DNA from: Candidatus Krumholzibacteriia bacterium
Lineage (GTDB): Bacteria > Krumholzibacteriota > Krumholzibacteriia > Krumholzibacteriales > Krumholzibacteriaceae
Assembly (NCBI GenBank): GCA_963836185.1
Contig: CAWIIQ010000001.1
Location: forward strand, 2,250,874 to 2,314,873
Direction of reading: 5' to 3'
Length of the DNA stretch: 64,000 nt
In this document: positions 1 to 11,923 of the stretch, in pieces
How positions within the stretch are numbered: the stretch's first letter is position 1
Layout of the letters: each line of letters starts with the position of its first letter
Notes under the pieces: generated by a model
Seen by the model: only the letters and a program-made list of their open reading frames with translations
Databases searched by the model: none
What the model was told of the DNA's origin: nothing
Program-made: the position numbers and the translations under genes

Positions 1-1013
<1,013 letters not shown>

Positions 1014-2072
1014 CTATCCACGGATAAACATCACATCGCCGTAACTGTAGAAACGAAACCTTCTCTCCACCGCCCAGCGATACGCGCTGAGTATTCTCTC
1101 CCTGCCGGCGAAGGCCGCCACGAGAGTCAGGAGACTCGATCTTGGCAGGTGCATATTCGTCAACAGAGAGCTGACGACCCTGAACTCGAAGCCCGGATAT
1201 ATGAAGAGATCGGTCCAGCCCGTAAGGTATTCCGCGCCGTCCACTTCTACCTTCTCCGCACCATCGATGGATCCCGAAACGGCCGCCTCGAGCGCCCGCG
1301 TGACAGTCGTGCCGACGGCGACCACCTTTCTCCCGCCTCTTCTCGCGGAGATTATCTCTTCGAGATAGTCCGTCCTTATCGAGACATGCTCCGCGGAAAG
1401 CGTATTCTCCTCGACCACTTCCTTTTCAAGGGGCCTGAAGGTCCCCGGACCGACATGCAGGGTAACAGGTATCACGGTCACTCCTTTGCGGCGCAGGCCA
1501 GCGAGGACCTCCCCGGTGAAATGGAGCCCGGCGGTCGGCGCAGCGACCGAACCTTCGACCCTGGCGTAGACTGTCTGGTAGCGCCCCCTGTCCACTTCCT
1601 CATCCCCGCGCCTTATGTAGGGCGGCAGGGGGATGTGCCCGAACCTCTCGATAAATCCCGTCTCCGTGATCCCTTCCGGCATCGAGACGATCCATTCGCC
1701 GCCGCCCGCCTCTTCTTCGATCTTGATCTCATGACCCACTTCGCCGATCAGGACCCTGTCGTTCACCTTGAGCTTCCTCGACTGGCGGCAGAGAGCTCGC
1801 CACCTGCCCTCTCCAAGGCGGCGGACCAGGAAGACTTCGATAGCTGCCCCGCTCTCTTTCCTGCCGAGAAGGCGCGCGGGTATTACCTTCGTGTCGTTGA
1901 CGACCACGACATCGCCTTCATGAAGATACCTGGGGAAGTTAGTGAACTTCGTCTCGCGCACATCGTCCCGGCTGCGGTCGAGCATGAGCATCCTGCTCTC
2001 ATCGCGCCGCTCAGCCGGATACTGCGCAATGAGTTCCTCAGGGAGTTCGTAATCGAAATCGCTTATTCTCAT
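1014..2072 (-). CDS. queA: S-adenosylmethionine:tRNA ribosyltransferase-isomerase
   Basis: MRISDFDYELPEELIAQYP, PLPPYI, GSVAAPTAGLHFT, TLHVGPGTF, FRFYSYGD. Confidence 0.97.
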   Translation of the reverse strand: MRISDFDYELPEELIAQYPAERRDESRMLMLDRSRDDVRETKFTNFPRYLHEGDVVVVNDTKVIPARLLGRKESGAAIEVFLVRRLGEGRWRALCRQSRKLKVNDRVLIGEVGHEIKIEEEAGGGEWIVSMPEGITETGFIERFGHIPLPPYIRRGDEEVDRGRYQTVYARVEGSVAAPTAGLHFTGEVLAGLRRKGVTVIPVTLHVGPGTFRPLEKEVVEENTLSAEHVSIRTDYLEEIISARRGGRKVVAVGTTVTRALEAAVSGSIDGAEKVEVDGAEYLTGWTDLFIYPGFEFRVVSSLLTNMHLPRSSLLTLVAAFAGRERILSAYRWAVERRFRFYSYGDVMFIRG

Positions 2073-2110
2073 CTTGCTTTCCGTTGCGGAAGTAAGGGGC
2101 CGCACGGGCC

Positions 2111-3139
2111 CTAGAGGATCCTGCCCTGCTTTCCATCGCCAGCGGGCGGCTCGGCGCCGATGTGCCTGTAACCGGCATCGGTGACGATCCTCCCCCGCTG
2201 GGTCCTCTGGAGCAGGCCTTCCTGGATGAGGAACGGCTCGTAAACATCCTCGATCGTGTCGCTCTCCTCGGAAACGGCCACCGCGAGTGAGCCTATCCCC
2301 ACCGGCCCTCCGGAGAATTTCTCTATCACGGCGGAAAGGATCCGCCTGTCCATCTCGTTGAGCCCCCGCTCATCTACCTCGAGCATCTCGAGTGCGTATT
2401 TTGCCATCTCGATATCTATTGTGCCGTCGCCCTTTATCTGCGCGAAGTCGCGCACCCTGCGCAGCAGTCTGTTGGCTATCCTCGGTGTCCCTCTCGAGCG
2501 GCCCGCTATCTCCCCGGCTCCATCGTCATCGATCGCGACCCCGAGGAGTCCCGCCGAACGCTTTACGATGCTGTACAGGTCATCGGGTGAATAGAAATCG
2601 AGCCTCGCCACCACTCCGAACCTGCTTCGCATCGGAGGCGTGATCATCCCCGCTCTCGTCGTTGCCCCTACGAGTGTAAACGGCTCTATCTGGAGCGAGT
2701 AATGTCTCGCGTGCGGTCCCTTGTCCACGATCAGCTCGCACTTGAACTCCTCCATCGCCGGATATAGATGCTCCTCGACGATGTGGCTGAGCCTGTGGAT
2801 CTCGTCGATGAAAACGACATCCCTCGCCTCGAGCTGTGTGAGGATGCCGAGAAGATCGGCCGGGCTCTGGAAGACCGGGCCCGAAGTGCTCCTTATATGG
2901 ACCCCGAGCTCGGAGGCGATGATATGCGCCAGCGTCGTCTTGCCCAGCCCCGGAGGGCCGTAGAGAAGCACATGGTCGAGCTGCTCGCCGCGCCTGCCCG
3001 CCGCCTCGATGAATATCGAGAGGTTCTCTTTTACCTTCTTCTGCCCTACGAACTCGTCGAGCGAGGAGGGCCGCAGAGTAGACTCCGACAGGAGCTCGTC
3101 GCGCATGGCATTCGGGTCCGTTATCAGTTTCTCTTCCAT
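2111..3139 (-). CDS. ruvB: Holliday junction branch migration helicase RuvB
   Basis: [50 protein letters not shown]. Confidence 0.98.
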   Translation of the reverse strand: MEEKLITDPNAMRDELLSESTLRPSSLDEFVGQKKVKENLSIFIEAAGRRGEQLDHVLLYGPPGLGKTTLAHIIASELGVHIRSTSGPVFQSPADLLGILTQLEARDVVFIDEIHRLSHIVEEHLYPAMEEFKCELIVDKGPHARHYSLQIEPFTLVGATTRAGMITPPMRSRFGVVARLDFYSPDDLYSIVKRSAGLLGVAIDDDGAGEIAGRSRGTPRIANRLLRRVRDFAQIKGDGTIDIEMAKYALEMLEVDERGLNEMDRRILSAVIEKFSGGPVGIGSLAVAVSEESDTIEDVYEPFLIQEGLLQRTQRGRIVTDAGYRHIGAEPPAGDGKQGRIL

Positions 3140-3160
3140 GGGATCCTTCCCCGCCCTGAA

Positions 3161-3760
3161 CTAGAGAGAGGCCTTCCTCAGCGCCATCCTTACGATATCC
3201 TCTACCGAGTAGCGGGCGGCATCGCCCTCGAATTCGACCCTGTCGAGGGCCTTCTCGGCATTGCCCCGTGTCAGGCCGATCGACATCAGCGCCGCGACAG
3301 CTTCTTCAAGAGTCTCGGGACGGGCCGCGGGCCCTGCCTGGCCGGCGGTATCTCCCGAGACCTCGATCTTGTCCTTGAGCTCGAGTATTATCCTCTCCGC
3401 TGTCTTCTTCCCGATGCCGGGGATCTTTACCAGGGCGCGGACATCCTCGTCCCGGATCATCCCTGCCAGGACAGCCGCGCTGCCCTGCGACATGACCGTC
3501 AGAGCCGCTTTGGGCCCTACTCCGCTGACCCCGAGAAGGGCGGTGAATACGCTGCGGTCATACTCGCTTGCGAAACCGAACAGGGTCAGCGCGTCCTCAC
3601 GGACATGCAGGTAGGTGCTGAAGCTGACCTTCTCACCTATCTTCCCGAGCGCTGCGATGGCCGGCGCCGGCACGTGGAGCTCGAGGCCGAATCCGCCCAT
3701 CTCCACTACGACGCCCGTCTCGGTCCTGCCGGCCAGAATACCTTCGATAGATGATATCAT
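3161..3760 (-). CDS. ruvA: Holliday junction DNA-binding protein RuvA
   Basis: VREDALTLFGF, VSGVGPKAAL, IPGIGKKTAERIILELKDK. Confidence 0.97.
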   Translation of the reverse strand: MISSIEGILAGRTETGVVVEMGGFGLELHVPAPAIAALGKIGEKVSFSTYLHVREDALTLFGFASEYDRSVFTALLGVSGVGPKAALTVMSQGSAAVLAGMIRDEDVRALVKIPGIGKKTAERIILELKDKIEVSGDTAGQAGPAARPETLEEAVAALMSIGLTRGNAEKALDRVEFEGDAARYSVEDIVRMALRKASL

Positions 3761-4251
3761 ACATCTCTCCAGACGGGAGCTCCCGCCCTCAGCGCATGGC
3801 AGAAAGCGACTGCCAGGGCATCGGTCTCATCCTCACAGGCCGGTTCATGGCCGGGCCGCAGCAGCCGCACGACCATCGCGCCCACCTGGCTCTTGTGAGC
3901 CGAGCCGGTGCCGGTCACGCTTGCTTTCACCTCGCGGGGCGAATATTCGAATACCTCGAGCCCCGCTTCGGCGGCGGCCAGGATCGCCACTCCCCGCGCC
4001 TGCCCGAGTTTGAGCGCGCTCCTGGGATTCTTCGCAACGAATACTTCCTCTATGGCCACGGCCTCCGGCTGAAATTCCCTCAGCACCTCGTCGAGCCCGC
4101 GCTTTATCGACGCGAGCCTGACCGGCATCGGGTCCGCCGCCCTGACCTTTATCGCGCCCGACCCTATATAGACGATCCCGGAACCCCGCTTCTCGACCAG
4201 GCCGTAACCGGTGACGCGGCTTCCGGGATCTATACCGATGATGACAGTCAA
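3757..4251 (-). CDS. ruvC: Crossover junction endodeoxyribonuclease RuvC
   Basis: IIGIDPGSRVTGYG, AIEEVF, LGQARGV, DETDALAVA. Confidence 0.97.
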   Translation of the reverse strand: MTVIIGIDPGSRVTGYGLVEKRGSGIVYIGSGAIKVRAADPMPVRLASIKRGLDEVLREFQPEAVAIEEVFVAKNPRSALKLGQARGVAILAAAEAGLEVFEYSPREVKASVTGTGSAHKSQVGAMVVRLLRPGHEPACEDETDALAVAFCHALRAGAPVWRDV

Positions 4252-4269
4252 TGCTCCCTCCGGAGGGCG

Positions 4270-5025
4270 CTATATCTGGTCCTCTATCTGACTGAGTATC
4301 TCGTCAGTGATATCGAAGTTCGCGCTGACCCGCTGTACATCTTCATTATCCTCGAGCGCTGATACGAGTTTGAGCACCTTGACCGCCTTGTCGCTGTCAA
4401 GCCCGACGGTCGTCTTGGGATGCAGGGATACTTCCGCTACCTGGTACTCTATACCGGCCGCGAGTATTCCGTCCCTGATCCCGTCGAATGCATCGGGCGG
4501 ACAGAGGACCTCGAAATGGCCGTCCTCGGACCGGATATCCTCAGCGCCGTTCTCCAGCGCTATCTCGTATACCTGTTCCTCTTCGGCTACGGCCTGGTCG
4601 ATGATGACCATACCCTTGCTCTCGAACATGTATGCTACGGAACCCGGCTCGCCGAGATGTCCGCCGTGCTTGGTGAAGATATGGCGGACCTCCGCGGTCG
4701 TCCTGTTCCTGTTGTCGGTCAGTGACTCGACGAGCACCGCGACTCCGCCGAGTGCGTAACCTTCGAATGTCGCGGCCTCGTAGACCACGCCCGGCAGTTC
4801 ACCGGTGCCGCGAAGGATCGCTTTATCCATGTTCGCCGCGGGCATATTGGCGTCGCGCGCGGCCTGAACGGCTGTCCTCAGCCTCGGATTCGTGTCCGGG
4901 TCGCCGCCGCCCTCGCGGGCCGCCACGACGATCTCCTTGATAAGCTTGGTGAAGATCTTGCCTCTCTCGGCGTCGGCCTTCCCTTTCTTACGCTTTATCG
5001 TGCTCCACTTGGAATGTCCTGACAA
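4270..5025 (-). CDS. yebC: YebC/PmpR (TACO1) family protein
   Basis: MSGHSKWSTIKRKK, DPDTNPRLR, TDNRNRT, EDVQRVSAN. Confidence 0.96.
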   Translation of the reverse strand: MSGHSKWSTIKRKKGKADAERGKIFTKLIKEIVVAAREGGGDPDTNPRLRTAVQAARDANMPAANMDKAILRGTGELPGVVYEAATFEGYALGGVAVLVESLTDNRNRTTAEVRHIFTKHGGHLGEPGSVAYMFESKGMVIIDQAVAEEEQVYEIALENGAEDIRSEDGHFEVLCPPDAFDGIRDGILAAGIEYQVAEVSLHPKTTVGLDSDKAVKVLKLVSALEDNEDVQRVSANFDITDEILSQIEDQI

Positions 5026-5047
5026 CGAATTCCTCCAGATGCTGCTG

Positions 5048-7123
5048 TTACTTCTCTTCTTCCTTCTCAGCCTCCGCCTCGGCGATCAGCCTCTGAGCTA
5101 TATCGTGAGGTACGACCTCATAATGCGAGAAGGTCCTCCTGTGAGAGGCCTTACCCTGGGTCATCGACCGCAGCGAGGTAGCGTAGCGGTGCAGGTCCGC
5201 CAGAGGGACCTGCGCCTTTATCTTCTGCAGGCTTCCCTCCTGCTCGGTGCCCTGGATCTTGCCGCGGCGTCCCGAAAGGTCGCCCATGATGTCCCCCATG
5301 TACTCCTCGGGGACAAGTACTTCCACATCGTAGACAGGCTCGAGGATCACGGGCTTGGCCTGCTGGACGGCGGCCTTGAATCCCTTCGACCCGGCCATCT
5401 TGAAGGCGGCGTCTGATGAGTCGACTGTATGGAACGAGCCGTCATAAAGTGTGACCTTGACGTCCTGAAATTTGTACCCGGCCACAACGCCGTTCTTCAT
5501 CGAATCCCTTACGCCCTTCTCGACAGCGGGGATGAACTTGCCGGGGATCACTCCGCCGACGATCGCGTCGACGAATTCGAACCCGCCTCCGCGCGTCAGA
5601 GGCTCCAGCTTCAGCCAGACGTCGCCGTACTGGCCGCGTCCTCCGCTCTGCTTCTTGTGCTTGCCCTGCGCCTCGGATGTAGCCGCGATGGTCTCCCTGT
5701 AGGGGATCTTCGGCGCGATCATATCGACCTCGACGCCGAACTTTCTTTTCAGCCTCCCGAGAATGACCTCGAGATGAAGCTCTCCCTGTCCCGACAGAAT
5801 CGTCTGCCTCAGCTCGGCATTGTTCTCGACGGTGAAGGTCTGATCCTCATCGGACAGCCTCGTCAGCCCCGCGCTGACCTTGTCCATCTCGCCCTTGGCC
5901 CTGGCCTCGATCGCCGTATGGAGCGAGGGCTGAGGGAAATCGATCGGAGCGATGATTATCTGCTTCGATTTGGGGCAGAGAGTATTGCCGACCTTCGCCG
6001 ATTTCAGCTTGACCGCCGCGCCGATATCTCCCGCGGGTATCGAATCGGTGTCCGACCTCTCCTTGCCCTGCACGAAGTAGAGCTGGCCGATCCTCTCTGA
6101 CGAATCGAGGGAGGAGTTATAGAGATCCTCGCCTACCTTCATCTCTCCAGAAAATGTCCTGATGAAAGAGAGGTCGCCGAGATGCTTCTCGGAAAGCGCC
6201 TTGAATACGAATGCCGCGGTCGCTTCGCCCGGCCCTATCTTTATCTTCTCGATCTCGTCGCCCTTCGCGATATCTATCTCGCCGCGCCAGGCGGGTGATG
6301 GAAGCATCGAGGCTATCAGATCGAGAAGCTGCCGGACGCCGATATTCTCCGTCGCCGATACGGCTACCAGCGGCACGAATGTTCCCGCCAGGCAGGCGAC
6401 GGAAAGGCCCTGGATGAGTTCCTCGTTGCTGAGCTCACCGCTCTCTAAGAATTTCTCGAGAAGCGAGTCGTCTGACTCGGCCGCGAAGTCCATCAGCTTC
6501 TGCCGCATCTCGTCGACGTTGCCTTCCATGTCGGCCGGAACTGCTTCTTCGGTGACCTTGCCGCCGGAAGTGATGAACGCCCTGTTCTTCAGGACATTGA
6601 CGACTCCCTTGAACGAGTCGCCCTGGCCGATCGGAAGCGTAAGGGGCACGACCTTGGCCCCGAGATAGCTCTGCGCGTCAGAGACACACTTGTCGAAATC
6701 GGCATGCTCCTTGTCCATCTTGTTGACGCACACGATCTTCGGATGCTTCTTAGCCTCGAGGAGTTTCCATGTCTTCTCGGTGCCGACCTCTACTCCTGAA
6801 TCCGCGGCGATGACGACCACGCCGCCCTCGGTGACCGCGATCGACGAGATGACCTCACCGATAAAATCCTCGTAGCCGGGAGTGTCGATGATATTGATCT
6901 TGGCCTTGTCATGCTCGCACCACGAGAGACCGGCATTGATCGATATCTGCCGCTCGATCTCGTCAGGAGCGGAGTCGAAAACGGTGTTTCCATCCTCGAT
7001 CTTCCCGATCCTGCTCGTGACGCCGGTGTCAAAAAGCATCGCCTCGCCGAGGATCGTCTTCCCCGACGACTGGTGCCCAACCAAGACAATGTTCCTTATC
7101 ATGTCGATCGAAAACTTCTTCAA
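5048..7123 (-). CDS. fusA: Elongation factor G paralog (EF-G2/FusA2 type)
   Basis: EF-G architecture (KKQSGGRGQYGDV, GQGELHLEV, DGSFHTVDSS) with divergent G-domain motifs GHQSSGKT, RQISI, DTPGY; not in an str operon. Confidence 0.9.
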   Translation of the reverse strand: MKKFSIDMIRNIVLVGHQSSGKTILGEAMLFDTGVTSRIGKIEDGNTVFDSAPDEIERQISINAGLSWCEHDKAKINIIDTPGYEDFIGEVISSIAVTEGGVVVIAADSGVEVGTEKTWKLLEAKKHPKIVCVNKMDKEHADFDKCVSDAQSYLGAKVVPLTLPIGQGDSFKGVVNVLKNRAFITSGGKVTEEAVPADMEGNVDEMRQKLMDFAAESDDSLLEKFLESGELSNEELIQGLSVACLAGTFVPLVAVSATENIGVRQLLDLIASMLPSPAWRGEIDIAKGDEIEKIKIGPGEATAAFVFKALSEKHLGDLSFIRTFSGEMKVGEDLYNSSLDSSERIGQLYFVQGKERSDTDSIPAGDIGAAVKLKSAKVGNTLCPKSKQIIIAPIDFPQPSLHTAIEARAKGEMDKVSAGLTRLSDEDQTFTVENNAELRQTILSGQGELHLEVILGRLKRKFGVEVDMIAPKIPYRETIAATSEAQGKHKKQSGGRGQYGDVWLKLEPLTRGGGFEFVDAIVGGVIPGKFIPAVEKGVRDSMKNGVVAGYKFQDVKVTLYDGSFHTVDSSDAAFKMAGSKGFKAAVQQAKPVILEPVYDVEVLVPEEYMGDIMGDLSGRRGKIQGTEQEGSLQKIKAQVPLADLHRYATSLRSMTQGKASHRRTFSHYEVVPHDIAQRLIAEAEAEKEEEK

Positions 7124-7188
7124 GACAACCTCCAGTTCGTATACTTATCAATTTATATCGATCCGCCCGTGGCGGAAAATACCCGTGA

Positions 7189-7929
7189 TCAGCCTCCGCC
7201 GCCGAGGCCATTGAGCATCAGCAGGAGGACTCCAAGCACCCACACGACGATCGTGGGGACTATAGCGGTCTTCCGGTCTATCTCGTATACGACCGAGACA
7301 CCGATAGTAAACAGTATCAGGAACCATATCTGGAATATGCTGAAACTCTCCAGCACGGCGCGGAGAATGCCGTCGCTCTCGATAAATCTCGTCAGAGAGA
7401 ATGAGACCGAAAAGAGATCATCACGCGAAGTTATATTCTCAATACCCTTGCTGTGAATGATGAGCATCTTCAGGGCCTGCTCGATGAGACCGACGAGAGA
7501 AGCGAAGCTCAGCAGGCTGAGCATCTTCTTGAAACTCGATTTTCCGCTTACGAGATTGGCTGTAACGTTACAGAGCGCCGCGAGGATAACGTATACGAGA
7601 AGTATGACCAGCGGCGCCGCAATCAGGCCTATCATGCCGAATTTTTCCATTATCTCGCCCTGAGCCTGCAACTGCTCCTCGGAGAGTCCTCTCTCGTTGA
7701 GCATGAATATCTGCTTGTTTATCGGCTGCTGAAAATAGGCGATCACCGATGAGGCTATTGCGATGACCAGATACGGCTGCCACCACGGAAGGCCCGCCTT
7801 GATCCTTTTGAAGACCTTGACCGGCTCGATGAATATGTCGATAAGTGAGGCCCAGAATCCGCCCTTGCCTTCGCCGGAGGGCGATACTTCTTCCATCTCC
7901 TCGGGAATACCACCCGGGTTCTCGTTCAT
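7189..7929 (-). CDS. YIP1-family membrane protein
   Basis: IFIEPVKVF...PWW motif and several hydrophobic helices; ATG preceded by AGGAG. Confidence 0.75.
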   Translation of the reverse strand: MNENPGGIPEEMEEVSPSGEGKGGFWASLIDIFIEPVKVFKRIKAGLPWWQPYLVIAIASSVIAYFQQPINKQIFMLNERGLSEEQLQAQGEIMEKFGMIGLIAAPLVILLVYVILAALCNVTANLVSGKSSFKKMLSLLSFASLVGLIEQALKMLIIHSKGIENITSRDDLFSVSFSLTRFIESDGILRAVLESFSIFQIWFLILFTIGVSVVYEIDRKTAIVPTIVVWVLGVLLLMLNGLGGGG

Positions 7930-8006
7930 CTTCCCACTCCTTTTGCCTGTGAATAGACCACGGCGACCACCCGTTCGGGTGCCGCCCCGGGATAGGAACA
8001 AGAGTT

Positions 8007-8035
8007 AAAATAGACTACTTTCCGCCTCCTGTCAA
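8007..8035 (-). promoter_or_regulatory. sigma70-type promoter for the YIP1-fusA-yebC-ruvCAB-queA-tgt run
   Basis: TTGACA-17 nt-TATTTT on minus strand. Confidence 0.65.
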
Positions 8036-8051
8036 TAACCTGTCTCCAGAA

Positions 8052-8092
8052 AGCGAGGAGCCGGCGACCATTAAGGCTGCCGGCTCCTCGCT
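8052..8092 (-). terminator. Stem-loop, likely terminator after the PDZ gene
   Basis: 14-bp perfect inverted repeat AGCGAGGAGCCGGC...GCCGGCTCCTCGCT; weak U-tract. Confidence 0.6.
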
Positions 8093-8113
8093 ACGCTGGA
8101 ATTTGCCCTGTCC

Positions 8114-9197
8114 TCAATCGTTTTTATCTATCTCTTCAAGCTTCTTCTGAAGCTTCTCCATCTCCTTCTCGAGAGCCTCGAGCTTGGCCTCGACCTTCTC
8201 CTGCTCCATGCTCTGGATCTTGTACTTCTTGATCATGGGCTCTTTCATCATCTTGAGATGCTTCATCTCCTCCATCTGCGGCCCCTTGATGAAGAATTCC
8301 TTGTGCATCGCGAAATCGTCATCGAGTTCGATATCGAACGTCTTGGTCTTGCCGTTCCGCATCACCGTGACTGCCACGTTCATGTCGATCGTGACGTCTA
8401 CCTCGGCCTCGTCATCATCCTCTTCCACCTCGACATGCACCTCGTTGATCGCCTCGAAGACATCGTCGATCTCCTCTATCTCCTCATCGCCGATCTTCAC
8501 GATCACGTCGCCTGCCTTGATACCGGCCTCCTCGGCCGGAGAATCCTCGAAGACCTTCAGGACGAGCACTCCTTCACCCTCCTTGACCTTGAAGTAGGGA
8601 GCGAGGTCCTCGTCGAGCTCATGAAGCTGCACGCCCATCCTGCCGCGGCCGCCGTAGACCGAGAAAGCGTTTCCCGTCGAGGTGACCCATACGTTCCCAC
8701 CCTTGCCGAGGGTGTTGTAATGCATGTTTTTCGACATATCATCGTAATCATCTATATCTATCGTCACGTATGCTGTCTTCTTCTCCCCGAGTGCGAGATC
8801 GAAACTCTTCTTCCTGCCGTCTCGGTAGACGACGACCTTGACCTCATCGCCCGGCTCCTTCGATCCGATGAGCTTGCCCAGTTCCTTTCGAATCCTTTAC
8901 CTTTTCGCCGGCTATCGAATAGATGACGTCATGCTTCTCCAGCCCTGCCTCCTCAGCGGGACTGTCATCGACGATTCCGGTGACAAGGACCCCCGTCGAT
9001 TTGGGGTAATCGAATTTTTTGATCATTTCCTTGTCGAGATCTTCCATGTAGATACCGAGAAATGCTCCCTTTTCCTCGATCTTTTTAATGTTCTTGTCCT
9101 CGATCACGATCGTCTTCTGCTCCGCGAAAGCGAAGGCCGTCAACGAAAGTGAGACCGCCACGAAAATTGCCAGTGAAAGTATCGCTAATTTCCTCAT
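8114..9197 (-). CDS. Exported tandem-PDZ protein with C-terminal coiled coil (frameshift near 8885)
   Basis: Signal peptide MRKLAILSL...AFA; two PDZ units (GVLVTGIVDDSPAEEAGL, GVLVLKVFEDSPAEEAGIKAGDVI) joined by one frame change. Confidence 0.8.
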
Positions 9198-9301
9198 CTC
9201 CGCCGGCCGCTTTTCCTGGCGACCGATCACCTCCTCAGGGGCACAATGGAAAGGGCAGTGACTCTCTTCTCCCCCATATATCCCGGAGCCGGTAAAAAGT
9301 T

Positions 9302-10484
9302 TCAGGTTTTTATGGATATTTTCAGGATGAAGGCTGCCCGTTCCGGTTCGATCAGCTCTTCGTAGACAGAGACGGTCCGGCTTCCCCATATCTCAAGGTC
9401 GAAGTACTCCATCGCCCTGACCCTGGCGCATCTTCCCAGCTCAGCGCGCAGGGCTGGATCAGCGGCAAGCCGTTCCATGACACCGGTGAGCCCCCCGAGG
9501 TCTCCGGATTCGAACATGCTCCCGCAATCGCCCAGCAGCTCCGGCATCCCGCCGACCCTGCTGGCTGCACAGGCGAGGCCGCAGGACATCGCTTCGAGCA
9601 TCGCCATAGGGATCCCTTCCGTCAGGGACGGGAGCACGAAAAGGTCGAGCAGCGGAAGATACTCCTCGGGTCTGTCGCTGTGCCCCGGAAGCGAGACGGC
9701 CGTCCCGATCTGAAGGTTCGAGACAAGTCCCTCGAGCTCTTCTCTCGACTGTCCCTCACCGACTATGATCAACCTCGCGGTATCGACTCCCGAGGATACG
9801 AGGGAAGCAAAGGCCTTCAGCAGCAGGGGAAAGTTCTTTACAGGTTTGAGTCCGCTGACCGATCCGATAAGACAGGCTATCCTCACCGCCCCCGGCAGGG
9901 AAATGCTCATCGAACATCCGGTTCCTCTCACTCTTCCTCAGCGCGGGATCGAGCGGCCGGAACCTCGATGTATCGACGCCATTCGGTATGACTACGACCG
10001 AATCAGGGGAAGCGCCGATCTTCAGCGCCTCCTCCGCGGCTCCTGAGCTGACAGCGATCACACGCCTGCGTCCATCTGCCCGCGAACGCCGCAGCGATCC
10101 TTCTCGGATCCATTGAACTCGAGGCCGGAACTGTGCCTCGTGACGACAAGCGGCAGGCCTGAAGCCGACGATGCGAAGGCGGCGACGATCTCGGCATGAT
10201 ACATATGGGCATGAATGATATCCGGGGCAGCGGCAGTCACGATCTCCCGTATCCTTTTCCTTACTGCCGGACGCGCGATATCGCGGAGTGACCCTATCCT
10301 CAGCTCATCGATCGAGACACCCAGCTCTTCAAATCGGCCCCTCAGTCCCACCGTCCATATCGAGGGTACAGACCGACACGCGGATCCCCTGTCCGGTGAG
10401 GTACCGGCACAGGTTGAGAAGATGCAGCTCGGCGCCGCCAGTGTGGAGTGAAGTAACGAAGAACAGGATATTGCGGGGTATCAT
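9302..10484 (-). CDS. Glycosyltransferase family 4 (multiple frameshifts)
   Basis: Consecutive fragments TSLHTGGAE, PDIIHAH, VIPNGVD, LFVLPSLTEGIPMAMLEAMSCG. Confidence 0.85.
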
Positions 10485-10546
10485 ATCGGAATCGTCACGT
10501 GATCCGTTCATACTTCTCGACCGGATCGGAGGTCTTCTTTCTTCCC

Positions 10547-11737
10547 TCAATTACCTTCAGTACCGGCTCGACAAAGGAATTCTCCTCGACATATCCTCGT
10601 CGTCTCGGCCTTTTCCCACGAAGAGAGCCGCCCGCCCGAAAGATATTTGAATATGGCCGCCATGGCCGCGGCATTTACCATCACGAAATAGAAAGGCACG
10701 AAGAAAATCTTCGTCCTGACCCTTCCCCTTCTCAGGATGGCGCCGATCGCAGCGAAGATGTAGAAGAGATTCTGCAGCGCGAAGAAGACCGCGAAGAAAG
10801 GCTCGCGGACAAGAAAGAGGCTGGCAATGTAGACTACTGGAAGCGCCGCGCCGACACACCATCTGAGCAGCTTCCTCGAAACGAACTGGAACGATCGAAG
10901 CTTCCCTCCGAAATTGTGCCGCAGGTGGCTGTACCCGGTCAGTCCCCTTACGACGATCCGGCGCTTGCGGCTGAATTCCTCTCTGAAGAAATAGGTAGAG
11001 CGCTCGAAGGCGACGGCATCAGGTTCGTAGACAACGCCGTACCCCTGAGAGGCTACCTCGGCGGGTATCTGGAAATCGTTGGCGACATCCTTCAGGACGG
11101 GCCTGAACAGTTCCCTGCGGATCGCAAATATCGTCCCGGTCGCGACAAGTACCGAGCCGAGCCTGCTCTCGAGCCTGTTGAGCAGCCCCTCGTAACGCCA
11201 GTAGAGGCTCTCGCCCTTGCCGACGTAAGATTCGTTATCGAGGTATACCAGCCTTCCTACTACGCATCCTGTCTCCTCGACATCGAAATTCCTGACGAGC
11301 TTGAGCAGTGCGTCTTCCTTGTAGAAGGCATTGGCGTCCGAGAATACCAGCACATCTTCCTCGATGCCGAGCACGGTCTTCGTCAGGGTCGCGCTCTTTC
11401 CCTCGCGCCGCGCGAAAGCCTTCAGGACCACACCGCTGCTCTCGTATTCACCGACGATATCGTTCGTCCCGTCCTCCGAACCATCGCTCGAAACTATGAT
11501 CTTGAGCCGGTCCCTGGGATAATCGAGTTTAAGGCAGTTTTCGATCTTCTCCCGGATTATCCTCTCCTCGTTATGAGCGGAGACGATCAGCGCGATCGTA
11601 GGCAGCTGATCTCCTCCACTGCCGCGGCGGCGCGGCGCGAAGATACCCAGGAACGCCAGGATCAGGGGGTATCCGGCGTAGATATACGCTGTGAGCGCAA
11701 TGATGGTAAAGACTAGAATCTTCAGGAAAGTATCCAT
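10547..11737 (-). CDS. Glycosyltransferase family 2 (CESA-like)
   Basis: IVSAHNEE, SDGSEDGT, FSDAN, C-terminal transmembrane helices. Confidence 0.9.
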   Translation of the reverse strand: MDTFLKILVFTIIALTAYIYAGYPLILAFLGIFAPRRRGSGGDQLPTIALIVSAHNEERIIREKIENCLKLDYPRDRLKIIVSSDGSEDGTNDIVGEYESSGVVLKAFARREGKSATLTKTVLGIEEDVLVFSDANAFYKEDALLKLVRNFDVEETGCVVGRLVYLDNESYVGKGESLYWRYEGLLNRLESRLGSVLVATGTIFAIRRELFRPVLKDVANDFQIPAEVASQGYGVVYEPDAVAFERSTYFFREEFSRKRRIVVRGLTGYSHLRHNFGGKLRSFQFVSRKLLRWCVGAALPVVYIASLFLVREPFFAVFFALQNLFYIFAAIGAILRRGRVRTKIFFVPFYFVMVNAAAMAAIFKYLSGGRLSSWEKAETTRICRGEFLCRAGTEGN

Positions 11738-11819
11738 TTCCCCGTTTCCCCCGTATAAGCGAAGTCATGTATTGATAACACACAACGGAAAATCTTCAAG
11801 GATAAAACCTTCCGCATAT

Positions 11820-11893
11820 AAAAAAACGCGTTACCCGTTTTTCCGTACTTCGGGCCGCGCTCGACGGATGACAATACGGAAAAACAATAACGC
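11820..11893 (-). terminator. Long hairpin with U-tract (intrinsic terminator or attenuator)
   Basis: Minus strand GCGTTATTGTTTTTCCGTA-27 nt-TACGGAAAAACGGGTAACGC followed by GTTTTTTT. Confidence 0.6.
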
Positions 11894-11923
11894 TTGCTCT
11901 ATATGACTCCTTTTTCATTACTC

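Noticed and set aside
11820-11918. SRP (4.5S) or 6S RNA identity for the hairpin
   Set aside because: It lacks the SRP helix-8 motif (CAGG-GNRA-AGCA) and is too short for 6S.
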